Of a stretch of DNA of 64,000 bases, positions 1-10,993 are shown piece by piece. The first letter of the stretch is position 1. Each line of letters begins with the position of its first letter. This DNA comes from Picochlorum sp. SENEW3 (taxonomy: Eukaryota): contig CP120457.1 in the NCBI GenBank assembly GCA_034226945.1, positions 682,001 through 746,000 of the forward strand. Reading direction: 5' to 3'. Made by a program: the position numbers and the translations under genes. A model generated the notes under the pieces. It did no database searches, was not told the DNA's origin, and was given only the letters and a program-made list of their open reading frames with translations.

Positions 1-85
1 GAAATGTTTGATGGGGCGAGCCACGCGCTTTTAATACCAAGGTGATTATGTTCAACTCATCGATGCTTCTTTTTGTATTTTGCAG

Positions 86-793
86 CGCCCAGTTGCCAAC
101 ACCTCTTCCAGAAGAAACGTATCTGCCAAGGCTGAGAGCCGCCCAATCTGGTACCCAGGAAACGAGGCTGAGGTCCCAGAGTACCTTGATGGAACCCTTG
201 CTGGAGATTTCGGATTTGATCCTCTAGGATTGGGATCTTCTCCAGAGCAGCTCGCATGGAATGTCCAGGCTGAATTGATCCATGGACGCCTTGCTATGAC
301 TGCTGTTGCCGGTATTTTGTACACCTCTGTCGCTCACTCTGCTGGAGCTGATGTGCCAGAGTGGTATGAGGCCGGAAAGGTCTACATGGACAAGAACCCA
401 GAGGTTTCCTTCGGAGCTCTTGTGTGGACCACTATCGCTCTCTCTGGATGGGTTGAGTTCAAGCGTCTTCAGGACATCAGAAACCCAGGATCTCAGGGAG
501 ATGGATCCTTCTTGGGAATCACCGATGACTTCAAGGGTGTGTCCAACGGATACCCAGGAGGAAAGTACTTTGATCCAATGGGACTCTCCCGTGGAGACGA
601 AGCTAAATACGCCGAATACAAGGAGAAGGAGGTTAAGAACGGACGCCTTGCCATGGTTGCTTTCCTCGGATTCGCCGCCCAGTATGCCGCCACAGGAAAG
701 GGACCAATTGACAACTTGGCTGCCCACTTGGCTGACCCAGCCCACGCCAACTTTGTCCACAACGGTATCTCCGTGCCATTTATTTCCAACTAA
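86..793 (+). CDS. LHCA7: Photosystem I light-harvesting chlorophyll a/b protein (LHCA7-like), 5'-partial; first exon lies upstream of the window
   Basis: Motifs GDFGFDPLGL, ELIHGRLAM, NPGSQGDGSFLG, YPGGKYFDPMGLSRGD and KEVKNGRLAM closely match chlorophyte LHCA7 as I recall it. Acceptor ttttgcag ends at 85. Confidence 0.9.
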   Translation, partial: RPVANTSSRRNVSAKAESRPIWYPGNEAEVPEYLDGTLAGDFGFDPLGLGSSPEQLAWNVQAELIHGRLAMTAVAGILYTSVAHSAGADVPEWYEAGKVYMDKNPEVSFGALVWTTIALSGWVEFKRLQDIRNPGSQGDGSFLGITDDFKGVSNGYPGGKYFDPMGLSRGDEAKYAEYKEKEVKNGRLAMVAFLGFAAQYAATGKGPIDNLAAHLADPAHANFVHNGISVPFISN

Positions 794-855
794 TTGCTCA
801 TCAACGTATTCGAATGATTACATGGGTATAGTGTAAACAAAATTAGTATCGAGAA

Positions 856-1842
856 TCACTGCCCGATGGACCCCATCTCTCTAGCATGTTCATCAAAAAG
901 ATTTGTTGCTGCCTCTGTCAACGGATCAGACACCAGTTGCTGTGCAACCTCTGGACTAATGGTAAACGTGTTACACCCCTGCGTCGCCAGTTGTGCAATC
1001 TCATCCGCACTTCGAATAGACGCAACAAGCAATCTCACCTCCCCGGAACACTCCGTGGACATGTCAATAATCCCCTGCATGGCTGCAACATCACTCACAG
1101 CATCCTTCCCAGCATCCCCCATCCTTCCAAAATACGGAGCCACATAATGTGCTCCCACCGACAGCGCTGTAATAACCTGATGTACACTATATACCGCCGT
1201 AAATGTCACTGGCACACCGTCATTCACCAATCGCTTTGCAGTCTGAATTCCTTCCATCGTAATGGGCACTTTGACAACAACTCGGGTATCCAACTCTGCC
1301 AAATCCAACGCACACGAATACATCTCCGCAACAGTATCCCCCCATGCCTGCAATTGAAGCTCTTGTATATCCAATTCAAACGCGTGCCGCGTCAACTGCC
1401 TGATCGACGGCAGCGTGCAGTGCACCCCACTGCGTTTCAGCAGTGTTGGGTTTGTTGTACACCCATAAAACATCCCCGTATCAGCCCACTTTTTCATCTC
1501 CTGAATATCAGCACTATCGAGATACAGTCTCATACTTGGATCATTCTCCCCCTCCACAAGCTCATCCCCATCAAACACATATGTTGCAAACTCATCCTCA
1601 TCCTCATCTTCCTGCTCATCTTCTCCAAACTCTTCCCCATCCATGGACGACCGCATCATCGTCAACGTCTGCCTTCTGAGGCCATCCGTGTACCTTGTAC
1701 TACCGTATATCCTTCCCAGAATACCACACCCCGTCGATACGACGTGCTTCTCTGGTACTACCAAGGACGAAGCATGTAGATTCTTTGACAGTCTCAGAGG
1801 CACCCTTGTTGATGGAACAGCAACAGAGGGTATCATTGCCAT
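856..1842 (-). CDS. Transaldolase-family protein with fructose-6-phosphate aldolase (FSA)-type signature, N-terminal transit peptide and acidic linker
   Basis: MRLYLDSAD, GCTTNPT, VVKVP (Schiff-base Lys), TAVY, VAPYFGR and ASIRS; about 100 aa N-terminal extension. Confidence 0.88.
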   Translation of the reverse strand: MAMIPSVAVPSTRVPLRLSKNLHASSLVVPEKHVVSTGCGILGRIYGSTRYTDGLRRQTLTMMRSSMDGEEFGEDEQEDEDEDEFATYVFDGDELVEGENDPSMRLYLDSADIQEMKKWADTGMFYGCTTNPTLLKRSGVHCTLPSIRQLTRHAFELDIQELQLQAWGDTVAEMYSCALDLAELDTRVVVKVPITMEGIQTAKRLVNDGVPVTFTAVYSVHQVITALSVGAHYVAPYFGRMGDAGKDAVSDVAAMQGIIDMSTECSGEVRLLVASIRSADEIAQLATQGCNTFTISPEVAQQLVSDPLTEAATNLFDEHAREMGSIGQ

Positions 1843-2361
1843 GTACTACGATGGTACTTTTTTTATCTTCTTAAACGTTCTATATCTATTGTTGTGCGAG
1901 ACAACTGTATCCTGCTGTATCCTTTTGCTTGGTTCTTCCTCTCCATAGCAGAGATGCATGTTCTTTCTAATGTTTTATTTACAGACATTGATGCATTTTG
2001 AATTTCGCAGTACCGGTACTGCGAATACGAACGAGGCGAGCGACAGACCATCATGGCCTGACCCAAACAAGACTGAGGATCTGATACCCTACGCATATAA
2101 AATAAACATATTACTGTATGTTATAAGCAATGATTGACGTGTATAATGCGAAAGGGTCATTGTATGCGTGCAACGTTGTCGCGAGTGTAACTGCCATCGA
2201 TCGGGAGAGCAGAAATCACCCCGTTCTGTAGATTTTCTGAATTTTCTGAATTTATAATACCACATTAGTACTAGTAGAGCGACGTGGTAGTCATACGAAG
2301 AGTTTGATTGACAGAGGCCAGGTGCAATTCTTGTCACACAATCCCATTGAATTCGTCTGCA

Positions 2362-4593
2362 ATGTCTCATCACACCACGATGAATAGGAGGAACACGAGT
2401 GATTTAGGTTCTTTGATGCCTAATGCGTTGGGAGGACCACAGGTGAGGGACTCTCCTGCCGGGACGACTGAGATTCGTCAGTATATGAATGTACGTTTGT
2501 GTGACAGTGATCTCTTGTCGAGTTGTGTTGAGCATGATGTGCTGTTGCAGGCGGCGTATGTGCCGAGTTCGAGGAGGCCCTCGATTGCTGGGGGTGTGGG
2601 GAGGCGTCACAGTATCTTTGATATGGCCACCCCATCTGGCAAGGTGGTGAGTAAACGGCTGAGCATGTCTATGAACAAGGTGATGAATGAAGAGACGCCT
2701 TTGACGATGAGGGGACCGGCGAAGAAGTTTTGTATCAGAATTAAGAAGCAGCATGCACCAACACCTGCTGCGTTGAGAGAGTCACAGCTTGATCCCGAAG
2801 AGTTGAAGGATGCGTTGCTGCAGCAGGCTGTGGCTCAGCGACGATCGTTGGTGAACAAGTGCCTGAGAAAGGGGACGGGTCGAGGGATCAAAAAGCGCAA
2901 GTATGATTTGAAGGTGAAAGTGGATGTGCCAAAGATGCGCCAGCCTGAGATTGCCTCAAGCCAGCAGGCTATGGCAAATTCACTTTTTACGTTTGGCCCT
3001 GCAAAGGAACTTAGTCCCATGGAAGGGGTGCCGGAGAGGCTGGCACCAAGCAAGCAGGTGACGATACAGCCACCAGTGTGGAAGGCACCTGAGGGAGCCA
3101 TGGATAATGGGAGCCTGAGTCCAATGGAAGGTATTCCAGAATTCCATGCTCTTGCTCCACCGCCAAAAAAGCATCATTCACCAATCCGCGGAGTGATGCA
3201 CGAGGCTGCTGAATTGACAGATATGCCGCCGCCTCCTCCTGTTGCTATGACGCATGATGTCAATGATGACTATGAAGACCTTGGAGGAGGCATGGATTAC
3301 GATGACTATGGGGGACCTGATGATATGGATTATGGAGGATGGAATGAACCACTTCCAGGAAGGCCGTCTGCACAGACCATTGCCCCAAAGAGAAAGAGAA
3401 TAGTGCTTAATCCTGGAATACGGTTGAGGAATGAGCTTCCAAGGAAATCCCTTGCCGTGGATATCACTATTGGACGTCAGGAAATTGCTCCTGGGCTGCG
3501 AAGAAGTACACGAAGAGCACAGGAACCTTTGCGATGGTGGTTGGGAGAGAAGAAACAATTCGATCGAGTCAGACACAAGACCATGCCGACTATTTCGTCC
3601 GTGATGATTGCAGATCCGTCTTCTCCATGGAAGACGGTGGATGATCCTCTTGGAGCAAGACAGGATAAGTACAAGGAGAAGAAGCACAAGATGATTGCCA
3701 AGAAGGAGGATGTCCCCAAAAAGAAGACTACCCGTCGACGCCGAGCGAAAAAGCCTGTCGTCAAGGATGATGCAAGTGATGATGATGAGACTGTTCTCAT
3801 TGGATCACCACAAAAGCTCGAGGCTGATGAAGAAGGTGTTGAACAGCTTCCTGCAGTTGAAGAAGAGATTGTAATAGCCAAGCAAGTTGAACAAGAGACA
3901 GCGGGTGGAGAGAAAGAAAAGGTAGATGAAGAAGAGGAGACGTTGCTAATTAATCAAGGCACGCCAAAGGCAGTCTCACCCACGCCATCCCAGTCATGTC
4001 GCAGAGATTCTAGGGCCCACTCGGTGGATCCATCTGATGTTACAGTCCCTCTCGTGCAGAAAAATGCTGGATCTACGCCAGCAAGTAAAAGAATGGGCAT
4101 CATTATAGAAGCAGATGGAAGTTGTGGGTCTGCTGATAACACGGATGAGATTGCAGGAGATGAAGCAGATGATGATGAAATCATCATCTCAGCCCGGGCG
4201 GCAACGCCACAGAATGCGTCCAAGGCACCAGGTGTATCTGAAACAATTGTTCTTCCTCCTATATCACAGCCAACACCTCCATCTATCAATAAAAAAGAGT
4301 TGCCAGAATCTGATGGTGCTCCAGAACCAACACTGAATCCACCAGAATCTGAAAAAGATGATGGAGACACTGTGGTGCTTGGAAACGATGATGTAGAAAA
4401 AGAAGACAAGGAAGAGTTATTAAATCAGGGTGAGAAAGCACCCGAGGAAAAGGAAAATGTACCGACAATGGATGCCGAGGTGACATCTCCAAAAAAGCCA
4501 ACTGGTAGCGCCAAAAAGACCCCTCCTCCTCCAGAGGTGACAACGCGGAGGTCAACAAGGACTAGAAATCAAAAGAAAGTTCTCGATGTATAG
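2362..4593 (+). CDS. CENP-C: Centromere protein C homolog; probable intron 2491-2550
   Basis: RKSLA...GLRRSTRRAQEPLRWWLGEK matches the plant-type CENP-C motif (RKSLA...RRSTR...PLEYWRGER) in an otherwise disordered protein. Start ATG (2362 or 2380) is uncertain. Confidence 0.75.
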   Translation: MSHHTTMNRRNTSDLGSLMPNALGGPQVRDSPAGTTEIRQYMNVRLCDSDLLSSCVEHDVLLQAAYVPSSRRPSIAGGVGRRHSIFDMATPSGKVVSKRLSMSMNKVMNEETPLTMRGPAKKFCIRIKKQHAPTPAALRESQLDPEELKDALLQQAVAQRRSLVNKCLRKGTGRGIKKRKYDLKVKVDVPKMRQPEIASSQQAMANSLFTFGPAKELSPMEGVPERLAPSKQVTIQPPVWKAPEGAMDNGSLSPMEGIPEFHALAPPPKKHHSPIRGVMHEAAELTDMPPPPPVAMTHDVNDDYEDLGGGMDYDDYGGPDDMDYGGWNEPLPGRPSAQTIAPKRKRIVLNPGIRLRNELPRKSLAVDITIGRQEIAPGLRRSTRRAQEPLRWWLGEKKQFDRVRHKTMPTISSVMIADPSSPWKTVDDPLGARQDKYKEKKHKMIAKKEDVPKKKTTRRRRAKKPVVKDDASDDDETVLIGSPQKLEADEEGVEQLPAVEEEIVIAKQVEQETAGGEKEKVDEEEETLLINQGTPKAVSPTPSQSCRRDSRAHSVDPSDVTVPLVQKNAGSTPASKRMGIIIEADGSCGSADNTDEIAGDEADDDEIIISARAATPQNASKAPGVSETIVLPPISQPTPPSINKKELPESDGAPEPTLNPPESEKDDGDTVVLGNDDVEKEDKEELLNQGEKAPEEKENVPTMDAEVTSPKKPTGSAKKTPPPPEVTTRRSTRTRNQKKVLDV

Positions 4594-4633
4594 CATGACA
4601 AAAATTGATTGTAAGTTACAGTATACAGAAACA

Positions 4634-5745
4634 TTATCGACGTCCAGCTTGCCTGGCACGCCCCTTGACCTCTGACTCTGCAGGTGCATGTAACAAAATA
4701 TGGTTCTTTGCTGTAGTAGGGTTGTGCTCCGCTGCTCCTCTCGACCAATCATATGACACCGCATACCCATAAATAGAACCATCGCGATTGAAGGATCCAC
4801 ATGGAATGGGAGCATTGGCTTTGGCCATTGCTTTGAGCCGCTGCTTACTATCCTTGTCCCAAAAATTGTATGCTCCATCCGAACCAGCCGTCACAAAAGT
4901 ATGATGCTGTGGATGAAATGACATGGAATTCACTGCATACACATCGCTTCCGTCTCTATGGCACTTGAATGTAAAATTCTTTGACTGCAAGCTATCATCA
5001 ACATGCTGCACAGCAACCCTCCCTTCAATACTGCCAATCAAATACCCCGTCGCATCAGGGAAGCAACTGACAGACCGAGTCTGATATTTGAGAGGAGACT
5101 TGATCTGCTTGAATACTTGCTGTGGATTTGCTAAATTAAACACCAAAATATCCCTATCTGCTGTACCAACCACAAGCAAAGGATGTGTACAGTCCATCGC
5201 ATACACCCTCTCTGCAAGCTGCTGCGTGTGCACTGGATTTGGAGATCGTAAATCCCAATACTTTAACGTCTTATCCCACGACCCCGTCACGAGCATGTTC
5301 ATCTGAGAAATGTAGGCACAATGGCGGATGGGAGCATCATGCTGGGCAACCTGCTGCTGTTGGTTCGTCGCCAAATTCCACATTTTGATTCCATTGTCAC
5401 ATCCACCCGCAAACACCGCACTTCCATCACCATTCCACGCTGAGCACAGCACAGGCTTGTCCAGTGTGATGCCTGCTTTTGGAATGACCTGACCACTTTG
5501 TTGAACATCCCAGCACAGGACTTGTCCGCTCCACGACGACGCGACCAGAAAATTTGCCGTTGGACTAAAACTCAAAGAACTTATTCCATCAGTAGCTGCA
5601 ACAGTATCGTTCGCAAATATGAGAATACGGATTGTTCATTCGAATAAAGAAACACAACTCAATTCACACACGTACGTGGCTGAGGAACTTCAATGTCTTT
5701 ATTTGGATTGTGATTTGCAGCGGATCCAAATCCACCGAATGACAT
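4634..5745 (-). CDS. RAE1: mRNA export factor Rae1/Gle2 (WD40); exons 5676-5745 and 4634-5595
   Basis: Spliced N-terminus HNPNKDIEVPQPPTDGISSLSFS; TGSWDKTLKYWD, GSIEGRVA, FTFKCHR, YDWSRG. Confidence 0.95.
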
Positions 5746-5903
5746 TGTATCAAAAACGAACTGTCTGTTTCAATGCAAGGAAATTCGTCTCTTTTTTATG
5801 GTTAGAATGACACGTATCTACGCTTTCTAATCAATTCATAGACATATAAACATTTACTATAGTTTAGAATAGCCGCCTGATGAATCAGAGGAATCCAATA
5901 TCC

Positions 5904-8372
5904 TTACAACAATTGTCGGTCGGATTCGCCATGGTCCTCTCCTGTTGTTGCCATGAGCTCCTGCAGGATGGCTCCAAGTGCGTACAGGATACCCAAGAGA
6001 ATGGGTCCGAAAAGACATCCTAGAAATGGGTTGGGGTAGAATGCCATACCTCCGAGAATTGACATGGACATGAGTGTCCCTTGGAATGGTTGTCCTCCAG
6101 CTTCTTCAATGATGGAATCATCACCAAAACTTGCAGCTGCAACATGCAATGCAAAAAGCAGCAGGCCGCTCACAATTCTTCCTTGAATTGCCAATGCTAT
6201 CACGGATGGAATCACAACCATGTATGGAGAAATCAGCGGCAGGAGAGAGAAGAACGCAGAGACTGTGCTCGAGGTGTATATCAGGGGGGCTCCAAATGCC
6301 TTGAATGTGACCCAGGTGAACAAGCCATGAATGAGACCGAGCTTGATCAGCGTCACAAACACACCGCCGAGTGATTTATTCAAAGCATCTGCTGCTTTGG
6401 TCCTCGCTTTTGGTGGGAATGGTAAGAACTGAATAACCTGTACCACTGGGTCATTCTCTGCTGACAAGAGAGCAAACAAGAGTGAAAGAAACAAGAGTGA
6501 CTGCATACCAAATTCCAGCACACCAGCACCAAGGCGGAAGAGACTTGCACTTCCCGCCAAAGCCGCGGATGTTGTGCTTTCAAATGACATGAATACAGCT
6601 TTTCCAATAGTCACGAGGGGACCCATTGCTGCAACAGCCATGGACTGTAAACTGTCCAAGTGAACCAGCCCTCCGTTAGTTGGGGACCCACCTTGAGCAA
6701 CAACGGTACTATTCTCGTGCAGTACGCTATTCCACACGTCGTGAAACCCAGATATAATTTCCTGAATCCCACCGTAGAAATCCCAATCGGTAGCAATTTT
6801 TCGATATCCGCTATGTAACACTGATCCGACATCAGTCAACAGAGTATTCTCCTCCTCATGGTGCATGCCATCACGCAGATGGATACTGTCGACACACAAG
6901 GACAGCCGTTGCTCTGCAACCACTTTTGCTCGTAATGTTTTCGCAACCGTCGATGTAACAGTCGCATGCGTATCCTGCGTTTCTCGTAGCAATGCTTCGC
7001 TTTCCACCACTCGCTGATGATCAACAGTAGTAAAATCTGCATTTTTATATTGTGCCAGTGCATCCAAGTAGGCCCCCTGACTCGCTGTTACATCTTCCAA
7101 GACGTGATTTTCTTCTTCCACTGCAAGGTTGTATTTGTACGTAGCCTTGGAAAGAGCCACAAATAACTTGTCTTTTTCATCCTCTGAACAGACCCGAGGA
7201 CCTCTCATGTATTCCATCAAATATCTACCTTCCATGGCAGCTTCGGTCAAATTGTGTGACTCTAAAACACGATCACTTTTCTCTTCAATCCACTCAAATA
7301 TTGCGGGGAACGATCCCTGCACAAATTCAGATAACTGAACTCTGTATGTGGAGAGCCATGATAGATTCTGCAACATATGGGCAGTATGCAATGTTTGATT
7401 GAACTTCACGCCCTCTCCAAAACTCCATGGATCCGACACAGTGTTCTTTAGCATGATGACTGTGCTTCGTCCCTCTCCAACGATTTGAAAACCCAAGAAT
7501 GCAGCTGATATGGCCGTGCCAACCACCAGGCTCAGCACCAAAAATGCAGACACCAACGAGTGAGCATTGGCGCGTATCAACTTTTTGATGCGACCATCAA
7601 CAGTATCAATAGGAACCATGAATGTCTCAAACAATCGTCGACCACGGCTCATCGTCGACTCCCCCTGTGATTGTTGTTCGACAGATGGTGATTGTGATGT
7701 GTCAACAGGACCACCACCATGCTTCTTTTTGGTCTTCTTCTGGGGCGATTTTCTCGGAGATAGTGGACCATACGGCACATCAAACGTGGAAAAGTACTCG
7801 ATACATGATATAACAATCGTTCCCACCAGCCCGAGCGACAGCAATGCCACAAGGATAACTTGAGACATTTTGCTCCACGTATCTCGAATCCACTCATATC
7901 CCACCTGTGCCACACAGACATAAAACAACAACCATAATAACTTGTTGCTCAGCTTTCCAGATCCCTCTCGGCGCATGTTCTTGGACGATTTCTTGTCCTT
8001 GGAAGAGATCCGGGCCAACGCAATCAACCACCCAGACCTCCTCTTCCCATCTGCTGGGCATGTCACATCCCTCAACACCCGTCTCCCACCTTTCCATACC
8101 TGTACAATCATCTCAAATGGCTTCACAAACAGGAGTCGAAAAGGCAAGAACATGATTCTGGTCTCACTCATCGCAAGAGACTCCAAACCCTTGACAACAC
8201 TATCCTTTGGAAGCCTCAGTGCAATAGAACTCAACAACGCATACACCATGGGATCTCTAAATTCCGCCATGACTGTATTTATTTGATATAAAACTAGTAT
8301 AAGGAGTAGAGAGAGTATATTACCAGCCACATACATGGCAATATTGGAATACATGACGCTGTTCCCTGCCAT
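5904..8372 (-). CDS. TMEM245: TMEM245-like multi-pass membrane protein (AI-2E superfamily)
   Basis: 822 aa intronless ORF with many TM segments; N-terminal 'PMVYALLSSIALR..K' and C-terminal 'KLGLIHGLFTW...G.LFGPILL' patterns. Confidence 0.75.
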   Translation of the reverse strand: MAGNSVMYSNIAMYVAGNILSLLLILVLYQINTVMAEFRDPMVYALLSSIALRLPKDSVVKGLESLAMSETRIMFLPFRLLFVKPFEMIVQVWKGGRRVLRDVTCPADGKRRSGWLIALARISSKDKKSSKNMRREGSGKLSNKLLWLLFYVCVAQVGYEWIRDTWSKMSQVILVALLSLGLVGTIVISCIEYFSTFDVPYGPLSPRKSPQKKTKKKHGGGPVDTSQSPSVEQQSQGESTMSRGRRLFETFMVPIDTVDGRIKKLIRANAHSLVSAFLVLSLVVGTAISAAFLGFQIVGEGRSTVIMLKNTVSDPWSFGEGVKFNQTLHTAHMLQNLSWLSTYRVQLSEFVQGSFPAIFEWIEEKSDRVLESHNLTEAAMEGRYLMEYMRGPRVCSEDEKDKLFVALSKATYKYNLAVEEENHVLEDVTASQGAYLDALAQYKNADFTTVDHQRVVESEALLRETQDTHATVTSTVAKTLRAKVVAEQRLSLCVDSIHLRDGMHHEEENTLLTDVGSVLHSGYRKIATDWDFYGGIQEIISGFHDVWNSVLHENSTVVAQGGSPTNGGLVHLDSLQSMAVAAMGPLVTIGKAVFMSFESTTSAALAGSASLFRLGAGVLEFGMQSLLFLSLLFALLSAENDPVVQVIQFLPFPPKARTKAADALNKSLGGVFVTLIKLGLIHGLFTWVTFKAFGAPLIYTSSTVSAFFSLLPLISPYMVVIPSVIALAIQGRIVSGLLLFALHVAAASFGDDSIIEEAGGQPFQGTLMSMSILGGMAFYPNPFLGCLFGPILLGILYALGAILQELMATTGEDHGESDRQLL

Positions 8373-8660
8373 TGTCAGAGACGTTTTCCTGACCGATTTC
8401 CTGATTTGTTCTAGCCTACATGCTATTGGTAGTATTACAGATACATATAGAAATAGACAGTAGGTTTAAAACAGATTAAAAATGAGTCTCCGAGTCGCTC
8501 CGTAAAGAAAAGAAAACTGTGTCATCACGAATGTGTCTGGTCATCACTGTCATATCCTCGAGATTCGACAAGTGTCAGTATGCTTTGCTGCTCATCTGCA
8601 ATATGATTGGAAGGATTCGTCATCCCAGTCCCAGGAAGAAGAAGGCAGGTCTTCATAATA

Positions 8661-9570
8661 TCATGTGCCTCTTCTTTTCCTTCTCCTTCCTCCTTCTTCT
8701 TCCTCTTCCTCTTCTTCTTTCTCTTCCTCCTTCTCGTCGCCTTCGATATCCAAGATAGTGGTCGTCTTCTTCTTCTTCTTGCTCGTCTTCTTTTTGACCT
8801 CACCCTCTGGGCCCTTGTTACCCCGGAACCATGCATCACCCAACTCCATATCCAACCTGGCTGCTCGTGCAGGTGTCATACCACCCAACTTTGTCGTATT
8901 TCCTTTGAGCATATTCCTCAGGTATCGCCGCTGCTCCACCAGCCACAGATATACTTTCTCTTCTTCCTCCCCCGAAGACAACGTCGGCCATCGATTTGGA
9001 TGACGCTCTCGCCACTCCACTGCCTTTTGAAGGCTGTCTTCCCATGGAATTTTAGAGCTAAATCGCTTTTTCGCCTTCCATGTGCCCCTCCATCCCGGCA
9101 CGCGAGTGTCCAAAATCTGTATACGCTCGTCAGTCATACCCTTGAGCCTCTTTGGATCGGTACCAGCCTCCATGCTCTTCATGTATGACCGTTGATTTGA
9201 GAGCCACTTAGCGAGTGCCCGTTCGTGAGAGTCCTTCGACAGCGTTTTCGGCCACGCACTTTTCTGCTCCTTCCATTCCACCAACTTTTGTAGCATTGTG
9301 GACCATGGAAGCCGTTTCAATTCCTTTTGGCGGGATTCCCCCTCGGTCTCGGACTCGGTGTCCGCGCTGGATCCCAGTTGAATCTCTTTTGCGTTCCCCT
9401 CAGTCTCACTCCCCGACGAACCAAAAAGCGAGGCCGCTCGTTTTCCAACTTGTTCCTACATTCATATGGAAAGAAAACAAACAGTAGTTGAGTATTATTT
9501 AGCGACAGTGTAGTGATGCAGCAGTACGGCATACCTCAACTTTTACGTCAGTAGCTTTGTCACCTGCCAT
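8661..9570 (-). CDS. Protein with two helicase-associated (HA) domains and an acidic tail; exon 1 9535-9570, intron 9456-9534
   Basis: Two repeats of W..L.....W......WP....L..W...QR.........M...R...LD....W. Spliced start MAGDKATDVKVE|EQVGKR uses gtatgc/tgtag. Confidence 0.7.
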
Positions 9571-9869
9571 GCTGTTATAGTGCTTATGCCTGATATATGT
9601 ATATAAAATAAATTAATAAAATGTTACGTACAGTGTAACGCGTTTAGGGCGACATGGAGACGTGCATTCCACTTGTCATGAAAGAATTCCTTAATATAAG
9701 AGATTAAATGCTTAAAACAAAACATTGTAGTATCCAGCACGCAGCGCATCTCTTGTTCCTCCAACCTTCTTATATTGGATTATTGTTCTTTAGTTTTATT
9801 TTTTTATACAGTAGTTGGTTGAAACGAGTGCCATATAGAGGAGACTGTTGGATTTCTGTCACTCTGACC

Positions 9870-10907
9870 ATGTCCACAACAGCGTTCTCGTCCAAAGCAG
9901 GGTCTTTTCAAACCCAAGCCCACCGTCTCTTTGGAAGTGTCAAACGTCACTATGGGAATTCATATGTACGATACAAGAAAGCCTCGGGGAATGTTGTGCG
10001 AGCGTCGCAGGCTGGAGGATATCCAGAAGGGGCGGGTGCGGGTGCTCGAGGGGCTGAAGGGGAGGGGACGAAAGGGTCCCCTGTGCCAAAATTGGGATTT
10101 GTGGATAAATCAATGGAGTTTGTTACATTACTGCTGGATGGATATAATTCAGCTCTGAAAAAGCACCCTGTGACGACGAAAGCCTTTACGAGTCTGGTAG
10201 GGTTTGCCATTGGGGATAGAATTGCTCAGAGCATGGGAGGGGCAGGGAGTTTTGATACGCTCCGCTTTCTCCGGATGAGCCTGTATGGTGTGTTGATTGA
10301 TGGACCAGTGGGGCACTATTTTTATAGATTTCTTGATACGAAGGTATACCCAGAAGCTCCAAAATCTAATGCTGCCGTGTTGGCAAAGACAGCTGTGGAC
10401 CAGTTGGTGTGGGCACCGATTATGACATGTGTTTTCCTGGCATTCCTGACAACGTTAGAGGGTCATCCAGAGGCTATTATGGAAGTGATTCAGAGGAAGC
10501 TGGGCCCAATATTTCTGGCAAATTTGACAGTATGGCCTGTTGCGCACTTGATCAATTTTAGGTTTGTACCTCCAGAGCAGAGAATATTGTTCAATAATAT
10601 CGTGGCGATTGCATGGACAACGTACCTTTCATATACATGTGGTGCGTCTACGGTATCAGGAGGGCACAGCGGGACGCCACGAGATGCCCTTGCAGCTGGC
10701 ATTCCATGTGTGGCTGCTGCAACATCTACAGCATTGCAGAGCCCTCATGCTGTGGATATTGTTCGCCAGACATCAGCACTCCAGTCCATGTTGGTAGGAT
10801 GGGGTGTGGATGGCCTACCGACGAATACTGACGCTGGGACGGAATTGTTGATCAACTACTTTCAGTTGAAGGCAGAAGTTCTGAGCACTGTCTGTCATGT
10901 AGAGTAA
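9870..10907 (+). CDS. Mpv17/PMP22 family membrane protein with N-terminal targeting peptide
   Basis: YNSALKKHPVTTKAFTS..GDRIAQ, GPVGHYFY..LD, KTAVDQLVWAP, VWPVAHLINFRFVP, WTTYLS. Confidence 0.9.
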   Translation: MSTTAFSSKAGSFQTQAHRLFGSVKRHYGNSYVRYKKASGNVVRASQAGGYPEGAGAGARGAEGEGTKGSPVPKLGFVDKSMEFVTLLLDGYNSALKKHPVTTKAFTSLVGFAIGDRIAQSMGGAGSFDTLRFLRMSLYGVLIDGPVGHYFYRFLDTKVYPEAPKSNAAVLAKTAVDQLVWAPIMTCVFLAFLTTLEGHPEAIMEVIQRKLGPIFLANLTVWPVAHLINFRFVPPEQRILFNNIVAIAWTTYLSYTCGASTVSGGHSGTPRDALAAGIPCVAAATSTALQSPHAVDIVRQTSALQSMLVGWGVDGLPTNTDAGTELLINYFQLKAEVLSTVCHVE

Positions 10908-10993
10908 TGCATCGAATAAAACGTAATAATGAATACACCGTGTACAGTAGAATTTTCATGTGGTTGAAACGAATAATATGTAAAGCATCAGTC

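Noticed and set aside
886..1779. 297 aa ORF opposite the aldolase gene, and many similar antisense ORFs
   Set aside because: Shadow frames of real genes with no motifs.
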